64,000 bases of DNA from Octopus sinensis (lineage: Eukaryota): NCBI RefSeq assembly GCF_006345805.1, contig NC_043007.1, forward strand, positions 34,472,001 to 34,536,000, read 5' to 3'. Of this stretch, positions 38,776 to 49,811 are shown one piece after another (within the stretch, counting starts at the first letter, position 1; each line of letters opens with the position of its first letter). The notes beneath the pieces were generated by a model. That model made no database searches and was not told the origin of the DNA. It saw nothing but the letters and a program-made list of their open reading frames with translations. A program made the translations under genes and the position numbers.

Positions 38776-39930
38776 ATGGCTCTCTCTTCCCAAACAGAAA
38801 ATCTAAATGTCTTGTGTTTGAATGAGATTGCCGAAAAAACATCACAAGTGGTCAACACACGATCCGTCAAACAGATTCGTAGCAAGTTGAAACATATCGA
38901 AGTATCTTTCAAACTGATAAGAGGCCATTATGAAAAGCTTCTACATATTTTCACAGTTCAAGAACAACAACAGCTAGAAAATCAGCAGCCACAACAACAA
39001 CAACAACAGAATGAGCCACTCCTGGTTCCCAGCACAATGGCTGACCCTGACATCGGTCAGGCACAACAACAACAACAGCCACAGCAACAAGAACAACAAC
39101 AGCCACTCCTCAACTCTAGCTTACTAGACGATTCACTAAATGCCAGTATCTTTTCACCGCTCTCACAGCAACCACCACAATTATCATCATCATCATCACC
39201 ACCGCTGCCACCATCGTCTTCTATCACCAATAATACCGACAGAAAACCAAATAAGAAACCACTGCCCTCTTCCCCCACATCACCACCTCAATACTACTGC
39301 AGTAACAAAAACTTAAAGAAACATAGGAAGCAGAATGCCCCCCCACGGCACAAAGAAGAAATCCCCAAATATGCCGCTATTCACTGCGCCAGAGACTCTG
39401 CACAAATAGTGACTGCATCTTCACGCATCTACCCGGCACTAGACGCACTACGGCCAAGGCCAAAGCACGCATCCCACAATAACATCAACACCACCAAATA
39501 GTAAATCGAAATTCAAAACACACACAACTCGGAGTCCCAAAATCTGCCGGTATTCCCAACGTGAGAGAACATGTCTACTGAGTGACTGTCCCTTCACTCA
39601 TCTTCCAGGGACCCGACGCACAAACAGAAACGGGGCCTCAAGCCAACACACAAACCTGAATAACAATAAAAATAGAAACACACCATGCTGCAGTAATGCT
39701 GGTCCAGTCTTTTCAGGAAGACACAAAAACAACGACAACAAAAGTGGAAACTACAACCCTATCCAACAGTGCAACCACACCTCCAGCCAAAAACTGCTCC
39801 TAAGCAGGAAAATTCTTTTTTAGCCATGTTGAACATGGCAAAAGAGATACACAAAAACATTCTAGCCATCACTCAACACCATCCTATGCTATTACCCCAG
39901 TGCACCAATTCCCCACATTGCTGCCACTAA
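38776..39930 (+). CDS. LINE ORF1 (frameshifted): helical N-terminus, poly-Q/S/P tracts, two CCCH zinc fingers
   Basis: ORF 38776..39501 plus alternative frames giving CRYSLRQRLCTNSDCIFTH (39372-39428) and CRYSQRERTCLLSDCPFTH (39545-39601); C-terminal FLAMLNMAKEIHKNIL before a stop at 39928-39930. Confidence 0.7.
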
Positions 39931-42928
39931 CACACACAAAAAATCCAAGCCCCCTGCAACAGTCAAAACCAGCCACTACACTAACCTCCACATTCCTACT
40001 CAATGCACAAGGTGTCAGCCCTTCCATCAATGCACAAAATGGAAGGTCCAATTCATTGAAGACGGTTGGTAACCATTCACACCACATCCCTTTCTTCATT
40101 CTCACTGAGACCCACCTTGACAACTCCCACTTGGAAGCCGAAGTGAGAGTGAAGAATTTCACAACCATCCGCGCGGATCGTATCGGCAGGAGGAAGGGTG
40201 GAACTGCCATTTTCCTGCATGATTCATTTACGGCAGATGGAAATAGTATATTCTCCAATGGCTACTGTGAATCAGTCACCGTGCACAACAAAGCCAATGA
40301 CCTGACAGTAATTGGGCTCTATAGGCCGCCCCAAACACCCATACTGTGCTTTAAAGAATGCCTCAACAGCATTAAGTGCTTTATTCAACAGTGCCATTCT
40401 AGCAACATACTCATGATGGGAGACTTCAATCTACCCTGTGTTGACTGGACTACAAACTGTTTGAAACCAAGCACTCCCGCCTCAACCGCTGACAAAGAAG
40501 CAGCAGAGTCACTTTTCGACTTTACGAATGAGTTTTTCTTGTCCCAACTTGTCCTTGCACCAACAAGACATCAGAACATTTTGGACCTAGTGTTTAGTAA
40601 CCACACTAACACTATACATAACGTTACAGTGGAAAAAACCCTTCTTTCAGACCATGACATGGTTCTCTGTAACATGAAATTCCACCAGCCAAAAGCTAAT
40701 CCTAGTGACCTTCCTCCAGCCCACCCATTTGACAACATGGATCTCCATAAAGCAACTGGGATGCAATCAGGAACGAGCTATCAAATGTTGACTGGTCCTT
40801 TACACATACACACATCTCCACCAACCATAAAACATCTTGGCAGATCTTTGTAGACACCGTCACAGACATATGTGCAAAACACTCCCCACCAAGACCTGTG
40901 AACAAAAAGTGCAGAATCCCCCAAAACAGAAAAACCATTATCAGAAAAATAAAAAGAACAAACAAAAAAATTAACAAACTAAAGTACTGCCAACAGCAAC
41001 ACACACATTCGACGGCTATCGCACTGCTTGAATCCAAAAAATATAACCTCCAACAATGCATGAAGATCCTCATCAATAACCAAAGATCAGCTGAGGAGAA
41101 GTGGGCCATTGAAAAAATCAAACTCAACCCCAAAGTATTCTTTTCATTTGCGAGGAAACGCAGGGTCACTGTCTCCACTGTAGGCCCTCTAATTGACGAA
41201 ACTGGCACTCTCCAAGATAATGCCAAATCCATGGCCGAGATACAGCAGAAACAATACTGCTCTGTTTTCAGCAATCCTGATATGGCCGATCTGGGCTGTA
41301 TCAGTGATGTCAACCCCCAACACACTATATCGGACATAACGTTTAGTGCCCCTGATGTCTTAGCGGCGATAAACGAAATAAAACACAATTCAGCAGTAGG
41401 CCCCGATAGGTTCCCTGCTTGTGTCCTGAAGGTGTGTCGACACCAACTTGCATCTCCCCTTGCTAATCTGTGGAGAAACTCACTGGATGCTGGCTATATT
41501 CCAAAAAACCTTCTGTCCCAGTCTGTTGTCCCAGTTTTCAAAAAGGGAAGCAAGTCCCTTGCAGTGAACTACCGTCCGATCTCACTCACCTCTCATATCA
41601 TCAAGGTATTTGAGAGGGTGGTGAGATCTCGAATAACCCAATTTCTGGAAAGCAACAGACGGCTGATCTCCAACCAACATGGGTTCCGTAATGGAAGGGA
41701 CTGCCTAACGCAGCTCCTGCATCACTTTGAGGACATTTTGAGAGCTTTGGGAGAGGCTCCAACACCGATGTCATCTACCTTGATTTCAGTAAGGCCTTCG
41801 ACAGGGTCGATCACAAGATCCTATTGAAAAAACTATCCAACATGGTGTCTCTGGAAAGTTACTGAAATGGATAAGTGTTTCCTGACAGACAGATCTCAAC
41901 ATGTTGTAGTTGAAGGGGTAAAATCAAGCCCAGCCAAAGTCAGTAGTGGCGTTCCGCAAGGCACTGTGCTGGGCACACTTCTTTTCATCATTTACATTAA
42001 TGACATTAATGACATCATCAAGCACAGCAACATAAAAATCTTTGCAGATGACTCCAAGCTACAGAAGGTCATAAATGAGGCGAGTGACCGGACATGCCTT
42101 CAGTCAGATCTACTGGCTGTTATCCAATGGGCAGAAAAAAACAATATGCTGCTGAACGAGGATAAATTTGAGCTAATCCACTTTGGAAAAGAGGATGCCC
42201 TGAAACTCCCATACTCCCTTCCTTCAGGTGAAACTCTCGCGGCGTCCAACAACATCAGAGACTTGGGAGTAACTGTGGACAACAACGTAAGCTGGGCCAC
42301 TCATATAAACACCAAAGTTGACATGGCCCGCAGAATGTGTTCCTGGATTCTCAGAACTTTCCAGTCGAGAGATATCCACACCATTATCCTTCTCTTCTCC
42401 ACTTTTGCCCGACCCCACCTTGAATACTGTTGTCCACTGTGGTCTCCCCACACAATACAAGGTATCATAAAAGTTGAAGCACCTCAAAGGGCAATCACAA
42501 AAAAGATAGATGGCATGACAGGCCTCGACTATTGGGGTCGGCTAGAAAAGCTAAAACTCTATTCTCTCCAACGTCGTCGTGAGCGCTACATCATCTGCAT
42601 GATGTGGAAAATATTCCATCAGCATTGCCCAAATGATGTTGGCATCACCTTTAAGGTACATCCAAGGCTTGGGCCCCGTGCCATCCGCCCAAAACAAAAA
42701 TCGCACTCTCATCTCATAACAACAATACGGCACAATTATTTCACCTCAATTGGCCCCGCTCTCTTTAACATTACACCAAAACACATTAAAACAGAAACTG
42801 ACCCTATAGGGTTCAAGAAGTCTTTGGACAGATTCCTTCAAGAAATCCCGGATAAACCCCCTACACCCGGTTATGTCTCTATAAACAATAACTCTCTACT
42901 TGAGTGGGCCATAGTGCCCAAATTCTGA
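39900..42928 (+). CDS. LINE ORF2: AP endonuclease + reverse transcriptase (four 1-bp frameshifts)
   Basis: APE motifs LLNAQG, ETHL, GDFN, LDLVF, SDH; RT motifs GPD, YRPISLTS, QHGFR, DFSKAFD, VPQG, FADD, LGV, LEYC, RRERY. Frame changes near 40748, 41756, 41843 and 41873. Confidence 0.92.
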
Positions 42929-43060
42929 CTTGAAAGACTTCACCAGGTGGTGCTATTAAGTTAGACATGGCCTGGGCCAATAATGGCCGAAACCTTTCAA
43001 AGTTTCAAAGTTTCAAAGTTTATATATATAAACATATATATATATATATATATATATATA

Positions 43061-43250
43061 GGGAAAATTCACAAAAAAAACAACAAAAGACGAAGATAGG
43101 TGGTGTAGAAAACAAACAGATGTATTAGTATAACGCTCGGGAATTGAAAAAGTCTTTAACGTTTCGAGCCTACGCTTTTCCACAGAAAGGAACACAGAAA
43201 GAAACAAGGGAGAAAATTAAGAATGTGTAGTGGTTAGCGATCTATTAATG
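43061..43250 (-). mobile_element. Short PLE-pLTR-like element E2, second copy
   Basis: Homologous to 4284-4475; cttt-CTGTGGA-aaagc-gtag-gctc-GAAACGTT-aaag; (TA)n on both sides. Confidence 0.65.
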
Positions 43251-43254
43251 CGAA

Positions 43255-43280
43255 ATATAATATTATATTATATATATTAT

Positions 43281-43319
<39 letters not shown>

Positions 43320-43331
43320 ATTATATATAAC

Positions 43332-43385
<54 letters not shown>

Positions 43386-43472
43386 TAATATACATATATA
43401 TATATATATTATATATATATACTAATATATATATATATACATAATATATATATATATATATATATATATTAC

Positions 43473-43525
<53 letters not shown>
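43255..43525. repeat. Long imperfect (TA)n array
   Basis: Direct reading. Confidence 0.95.
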
Positions 43526-43735
43526 ATGTGAAATAGAAAGATGAATAATCTTGTAGTAGATTAATCAAAAGTTTAACCGATACCTTAGTAGCAAAAATCA
43601 CAGCAGTAAACAGCACGGTTGGAGGTACAACCATCTGGCGTTGCAACCGTGCGTTGGTGCGGATAATTGAAATTAAAACATTATTGATGAATTGAAGAAA
43701 TGGAGCTGAACGCAGATTGAACAGAAATCGTTTTA

Positions 43736-43824
43736 TTTCATTCTACACGTGTTTCGAAAGGCACAAATTACCAAAATCCGATTGAATAATGGGACCATAT
43801 TGGTTCTTTCTCTTCAGGAAGAAA
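43736..43824 (-). ncRNA. Type I hammerhead ribozyme, PLE 3' end (left copy)
   Basis: Reverse complement of 49305-49393; CTGAAGA at 43811-43817 on the minus strand. Confidence 0.8.
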
Positions 43825-44425
43825 AAAGGAAATCCGTTGGAAAAACAAAAACAGAACAGAGGCGGAGCAAAAAACAAATCGAACTGTGCTCCTAAGAGCC
43901 CATGGCGAAACTGTTTATCAGTGTATGTTGAGAACCGGTGGCTGAAGAATTCAACGAGTCAGGCATCGGTCAATCATGTGGGTGAGGGTGTATAGATGTT
44001 CTTTGTGACCGAGAATAAAGTTCTGACTATTTAAAGAATATGGATGTTTATAAGGGGCGAGAAAAAATCTACTTAGAGACGTGTGTGTGTGTATACTGTT
44101 CTATATATGTGTGTGTTGGCGTAGGGGTAGAAAACATTTTTTGTGTACGTGTGTGCGTTTGATCGTTCGGCTGTCAGTGGCTACTGCCGTGATAACCGTT
44201 GGGTGGCAGAAAAAAAATAAAAAAATTATATATATATTATGTTTTATGTGTGTGTGTGTATGTTCATCTAAGCCTGCCTTGACAAGGAAACCCCCCGCTG
44301 TGAAAAAACCAAGCCCCGTTTGTCTTACAGGAGTAATTTCCTTGCAGTGGTTAATCGTAGATATCTTAAAGGCTATTTCAGAATTTGTTACCAAGGGCTA
44401 TGGGTGCCGGTATTATTTATAAACG

Positions 44426-46639
44426 CTATTTAAAGGCCAGATAAGTGTAACGCCGCCAATGGGGGCATCGAAAAGCCGACTGTAAGAGCCCGTTTACCAT
44501 CCGGCCTCTGGCAAACAAAATATGGAAGAGTTCGGAGACACAAAGGTTGCACTGTCTTCTGCCCCTATCAAATGGGAGGGCCACCGACAAAATTGACCAT
44601 TCCAGCCTATAGCTTAAGTTCGCATCCTTCAGTCGCCATATTAGCTTACTGAGTCCCGTGGTCTGGCGCTTGTTCACGTCCCGAAAAGTTGCGTAATGGT
44701 TGGAGACACGCAAAGACAATCTTGAGGATGATGCCCCTACATAAGTGAAGGCATCTGAGTCCGTGTAAACCTTGCATTGGTAGACGGCGTTTTTGATCTT
44801 GGAGTTCGCCGACGTGAATCTTAATCTGCTAGGATTGGTTTCTGAGATTAGAACTGCGTTCCTGTCACTATATTCGTTCCGAGACCTGCAGCCGCTTACT
44901 ACTCTATTTTCCACTACGTCACTATTAACTATAGGAATAACCCCTGATTCTCCACTATCTATCAGAGAGCTGTCATTGCTACTGCCCGTGGTACTGCTAT
45001 TGCGGGAAATGATGCTGGGGATGCTAATGGGGCTCTCTACCCTACTCCCATTGTTACCGTCAACCACAACACCCCTATTTATAACTATACCCCTAGTGGG
45101 TACTCCCTGGCTGGAGCTGAGATTATGTGTCACTGTACTGGCTCTCATATCATTATTACTACTATAATTATTCCTACTGAGCATTAAAACGGGAGCGGAA
45201 GAGGCTGTGCCTCCGGAAAAAGGTGATAGGGTCTTAGTAAGTAGCCTATTATTATGGGAGGCGATTATCTGGGCGAGGTTTTTAGTGTTGGAGAAAGCTA
45301 TCCTAACTTTATGTGAGTTAACCGTGGAGTAATATTTGGAATTTCTGGGGAAGTTATTGGCGATGGCTTGTCTAAACATGAGGGGGAGGTTAGTTCTAAT
45401 CTGCTTACCAAAGGGGATTACAAACCATATATGCTTATTCCTATCAGTGTGATGGGTCGGGACGCCAGCTCTCGCATTCGGGTGGGTGATTCTCGGATGA
45501 ATAACGGGTCTTGGGTTAGTGTAAGACCTCCCGGACCGATAATTATCCTTGTTCGCTAAATTAAATGCGGGAGCGACTACCCCGGCATCCGCGCGCTCCC
45601 GTCCTTACTTAAAATGTTAATGTTATTATATACGGCCCTATCCTGATGACCGAATGATGGCATCGGAAGGGCCGGATCAATATAAATTACCTTCTGCCTA
45701 TAACCGGCCTTGGATAGTGCGGCGTTATAAAAATCCGCTTTCTGCATAAAAATATCGGCACTGGCGGACAAGCCAGACAATCTTAGAGAGATGTTTTTAA
45801 CCAAATTGTCTGTTACGGTTTTGGCATGATTTGAGAAGACACTGACATACTTCAAAATAGTGGAAGGCTTATGGTAAGGGCAGTATGAGTCGCTATTAAG
45901 GTTAAGTGTAACGTCTAGGAAATTAGCCTTGGTGAGTTCATTATCAAAAACTATACTCATGCCCATTCTATTAAAAAACCTAGCTAACCTGCTCTTAGTT
46001 TTCTGCACTATTCTGTTCGTGGTGTTTTGCAGGTAAAACAGACAATCGTCACGATACAGGCCGCCCGCGATCTCCGGGAATTGATCGGACAATTCGTAGA
46101 GAATATATATTCCGACCAAATCGGCTATCTGCGCACTATCCGAACTACCCATAGGCACATCAAATTCATTGGGAGTATCTTTACGGATCCACAACTTATT
46201 ATCAAACTTAATAAACGATTTCCTGGCAACTAAAATGATATCTATCTTCTCTGGTGAGGCCAGCCTTGTTGTGAGCATGCCAGAGGGCCTTATTTAGCAC
46301 ACTAGGGTTAATCGAGGGGTAGAAGCTGGCGATATCAAACTGAATGAACCTAGTACGGTTCTTATTGGGGATGGAAGAGAACCACTTCACTACCTGCGAG
46401 GAATTGGCCCAGAGGCTGAGCTTCAGCTTGTTTACTAAACTAGGGATATATTTATCTAAAATGTACTTACTGATTATCCCGATATCAGATCTAGCAGGGC
46501 ATATGAGTCTTAGCGCTGGGTTGGTGTGGAAGTTAGGTTTATGGTCCTTCACTATAAATCTGGGTTGCTTGGGGCTAAGCGGCTGAGTTCTCATTTGAAT
46601 TCGGTGTTTAAATATTATATCCTTAATTTCCAAGTTTAC
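44426..46639 (-). CDS. PLE RT-GIY-YIG polyprotein, left copy (two small frameshifts)
   Basis: KDHKPNF, RLICP, FDIASFYPSI, PMGSSDSAQIADLVG, GLYRDD, FLDVTL, SNH, AVYQC..YVG..R..H, CNLC, CPH. Confidence 0.9.
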
Positions 46640-46640
46640 C

Positions 46641-48698
46641 GGGATAATCAGTAAGTACATTTTAGATAAATATATCCCTAGTTTAGTAAACAAGCTGAAG
46701 CTCAGCCTCTGGGCCAATTCCTCGCAGGTAGTGAAGTGGTTCTCTTCCATCCCCAATAAGAACCGTACTAGGTTCATTCAGTTTGATATCGCCAGCTTCT
46801 ACCCCTCGATTAACCCTAGTGTGCTAAATAAGGCCCTCTGGCATGCTCACAACAAGGCTGGCCTCACCAGAGAAGAGATAGATATCATTTTAGTTGCCAG
46901 GAAATCGTTTATTAAGTTTGATAATAAGTTGTGGATCCGTAAAGATACTCCCAATGAATTTGATGTGCCTATGGGTAGTTCGGATAGTGCGCAGATAGCC
47001 GATTTGGTCGGAATATATATTCTCTACGAATTGTCCGATCAATTCCCGGAGATCGCGGGCGGCCTGTATCGTGACGATTGTCTGTTTTACCTGCAAAACA
47101 CCACGAACAGAATAGTGCAGAAAACTAAGAGCAGGTTAGCTAGGTTTTTAATAGAATGGGCATGAGTATAGTTTTTGATAATGAACTCACCAAGGCTAAT
47201 TTCCTAGACGTTACACTTAACCTTAATAGCGACTCATACTGCCCTTACCATAAGCCTTCCACTATTTTGAAGTATGTCAGTGTCTTCTCAAATCATGCCA
47301 AAACCGTAACAGACAATTTGGTTAAAAACATCTCTCTAAGATTGTCTGGCTTGTCCGCCAGTGCCGATATTTTTATGCAGAAAGCGGATTTTTATAACGC
47401 CGCACTATCCAAGGCCGGTTATAGGCAGAAGGTAATTTATATTGATCCGGCCCTTCCGATGCCATCATTCGGTCATCAGGATAGGGCCGTATATAATAAC
47501 ATTAACATTTTAAGTAAGGACGGGAGCGCGGCGGATGCCGGGGTAGTCGCTCCCGCATTTAATTTAGCGAACAAGGATAATTATCGGTCCGGGAGGTCTT
47601 ACACTAACCCAAGACCCGTTATTCATCCGAGAATCACCCACCCGAATGCGAGAGCTGGCGTCCCGACCCATCACACTGATAGGAATAAGCATATATGGTT
47701 TGTAATCCCCTTTGGTAAGCAGATTAGAACTAACCTCCCCCTCATGTTTAGACAAGCCATCGCCAATAACTTCCCCAGAAATTCCAAATATTACTCCACG
47801 GTTAACTCACATAAAGTTAGGATAGCTTTCTCCAACACTAAAAACCTCGCCCAGATAATCGCCTCCCATAATAATAGGCTACTTACTAAGACCCTATCAC
47901 CTTTTTCCGGAGGCACAGCCTCTTCCGCTCCCGGTTTAATGCTCAGTAGGAATAATTATAGTAGTAATAATGATATGAGAGCCAGTACAGTGACACATAA
48001 TCTCAGCTCCAGCCAGGGAGTACCCACTAGGGGTATAGTTATAAATAGGGGTGTTGTGGTTGACGGTAACAATGGGAGTAGGGTAGAGAGCCCCATTAGC
48101 ATCCCCAGCATCATTTCCCGCAATAGCAGTACCACGGGCAGTAGCAATGACAGCTCTCTGATAGATAGTGGAGAATCAGGGGTTATTCCTATAGTTAATA
48201 GTGACGTAGTGGAAAATAGAGTAGTAAGCGGCTGCAGGTCTCGGAACGAATATAGTGACAGGAACGCAGTTCTAATCTCAGAAACCAATCCTAGCAGATT
48301 AAGATTCACGTCGGCGAACTCCAAGATCAAAAACGCCGTCTACCAATGCAAGGTTTACACGGACTCAGATGCCTTCACTTATGTAGGGGCATCATCCTCA
48401 AGATTGTCTTTGCGTGTCTCCAACCATTACGCAACTTTTCGGGACGTGAACAAGCGCCAGACCACGGGACTCAGTAAGCTAATATGGCGACTGAAGGATG
48501 CGAACTTAAGCTATAGGCTGGAATGGTCAATTTTGTCGGTGGCCCTCCCATTTGATAGGGGCAGAAGACAGTGCAACCTTTGTGTCTCCGAACTCTCCAT
48601 ATTTTGTTTGCCAGAGGCCGGATGGTAAACGGGCTCTTACAGTCGGCTTTTCGATGCCCCCATTGGCGGCGCGTTACACTTATCTGGCCTTTAAATAG
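46641..48698 (+). CDS. PLE RT-GIY-YIG polyprotein, right copy (frameshifts near 47150 and 48597)
   Basis: ORFs 46731..47165 and 47156..48628 carry the same motifs; frameshifts fall at different positions from the left copy. Confidence 0.9.
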
Positions 48699-49304
48699 CG
48701 TTTATAAATAATACCGGCACCCATAGCCCTTGGTAACAAATTCTGAAATAGCCTTTAAGATATCTACGATTAACCACTGCAAGGGAAATTACTCCTGTAA
48801 GACAAACGGGGCTTGGTTTTTTCACAGCGGGGGGTTTCCTTGTCAAGGCAGGCTTAGATGAACATACACACACACACATAAAACATAATATATATATATA
48901 ATTTTTTTATTTTTTTTCTGCCACCCAACGGTTATCACGGCAGTAGCCACTGACAGCCGAACGATCAAACGCACACACGTACACAAAAAATGTTTTCTAC
49001 CCCTACGCCAACACACACATATATAGAACAGTATACACACACACACGTCTCTAAGTAGATTTTTTCTCGCCCCTTATAAAACATCCAATATTCTTTAAAT
49101 AGTCAGAACTTTATTCTCGGTCACAAAGAACATCTATACACCCTCACCCACATGATTGACCGATGCCTGACCCGTTGAATTCTTCAGCCACCGGTTCTCA
49201 ACATACACTGATAAACAGTTTCGCCATGGGCTCTTAGGAGCACAGTTCGATTTGTTTTTTGCTCCGCCTCTGTTCTGTTTTTGTTTTTCCAACGGATTTC
49301 CTTT

Positions 49305-49393
49305 TTTCTTCCTGAAGAGAAAGACACAATATGGTCCCATTATTCAATCGGATTTTGGTAATTTGTGCCTTTCGAAACACGTGTAGAATGAAA
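49305..49393 (+). ncRNA. Type I hammerhead ribozyme, PLE 3' end (right copy)
   Basis: tttcttc-CTGAAGA (49312-49318)-gaaagacacaa..ttgtgcctttc-GAAAC-ACGT-GTA-gaa(t)gaaa: 11-bp stem II with one mismatch, palindromic stem III, GUA site with predicted cleavage after 49385. PLE pLTR hammerheads are established. Confidence 0.85.
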
Positions 49394-49451
49394 TAAAACG
49401 ATTTCTGTTCAATCTGCGTTCAGCTCCATTTCTTCAATTCACCAATAATGT

Positions 49452-49483
<32 letters not shown>

Positions 49484-49500
49484 ATATAATATATATATAT

Positions 49501-49533
<33 letters not shown>

Positions 49534-49780
49534 GCACGCGACGGGTTTCCCACACAGTTTACGTCGACTAAAAATCACTTATAAGGCATTGATTGGCCTG
49601 GGTCTATAAAAGAAGATACTTGCCCAGGGTGCCACGCATATGGACTGAACCCGAAATCATGTGGTTACAAAGCGATCTCCTTAACCACCCAACCATTAAT
49701 GCCTGCACCTGTATGTGTATCTATCTAGAGTTTTGTCTCCCTTTGGCCATGGAACGTTTGTCTGTATGTGCGTTATTGTT

Positions 49781-49811
<31 letters not shown>

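Larger units (their letters stand above)
38690..43020 (+). mobile_element. CR1-group (Jockey superfamily) LINE, near full length
   Basis: ORF1 + ORF2 (APE-RT), short 3' UTR with a GGCC-AATAAT-GGCC hairpin, and an 8-bp tandem tail (TTTCAAAG)x3. The 5' boundary is uncertain. Confidence 0.9.
43530..46639 (-). mobile_element. Penelope-like element, 5'-truncated left copy
   Basis: RT and GIY-YIG on the minus strand, 3' UTR with hammerhead; includes 158 bp of extra RT (46482-46639) and ~147 bp of extra 3' sequence absent from the right copy. Confidence 0.9.
46640..49452 (+). mobile_element. Penelope-like element, right copy, inverted relative to the left
   Basis: Reverse complement of 43677-46481 with only scattered indels and substitutions. 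Confidence 0.92.

Noticed and set aside
40702-41388. 228-aa minus-strand ORF (also 39884..40258 and 42224..42487)
   Set aside because: Antisense to LINE ORF2, with no independent motifs.
44793-48330. ORFs 44793..45167, 45368..45559, 46027..46233, 46344..46586 and their mirror copies
   Set aside because: Antisense frames of the PLE ORF; they appear twice only because of the palindrome.
43677-49452. Palindrome as a simple missed-adapter read chimera
   Set aside because: Disfavoured, not excluded: the symmetry ends at the element boundary, the spacer is genuine RT sequence and the outer flanks differ.
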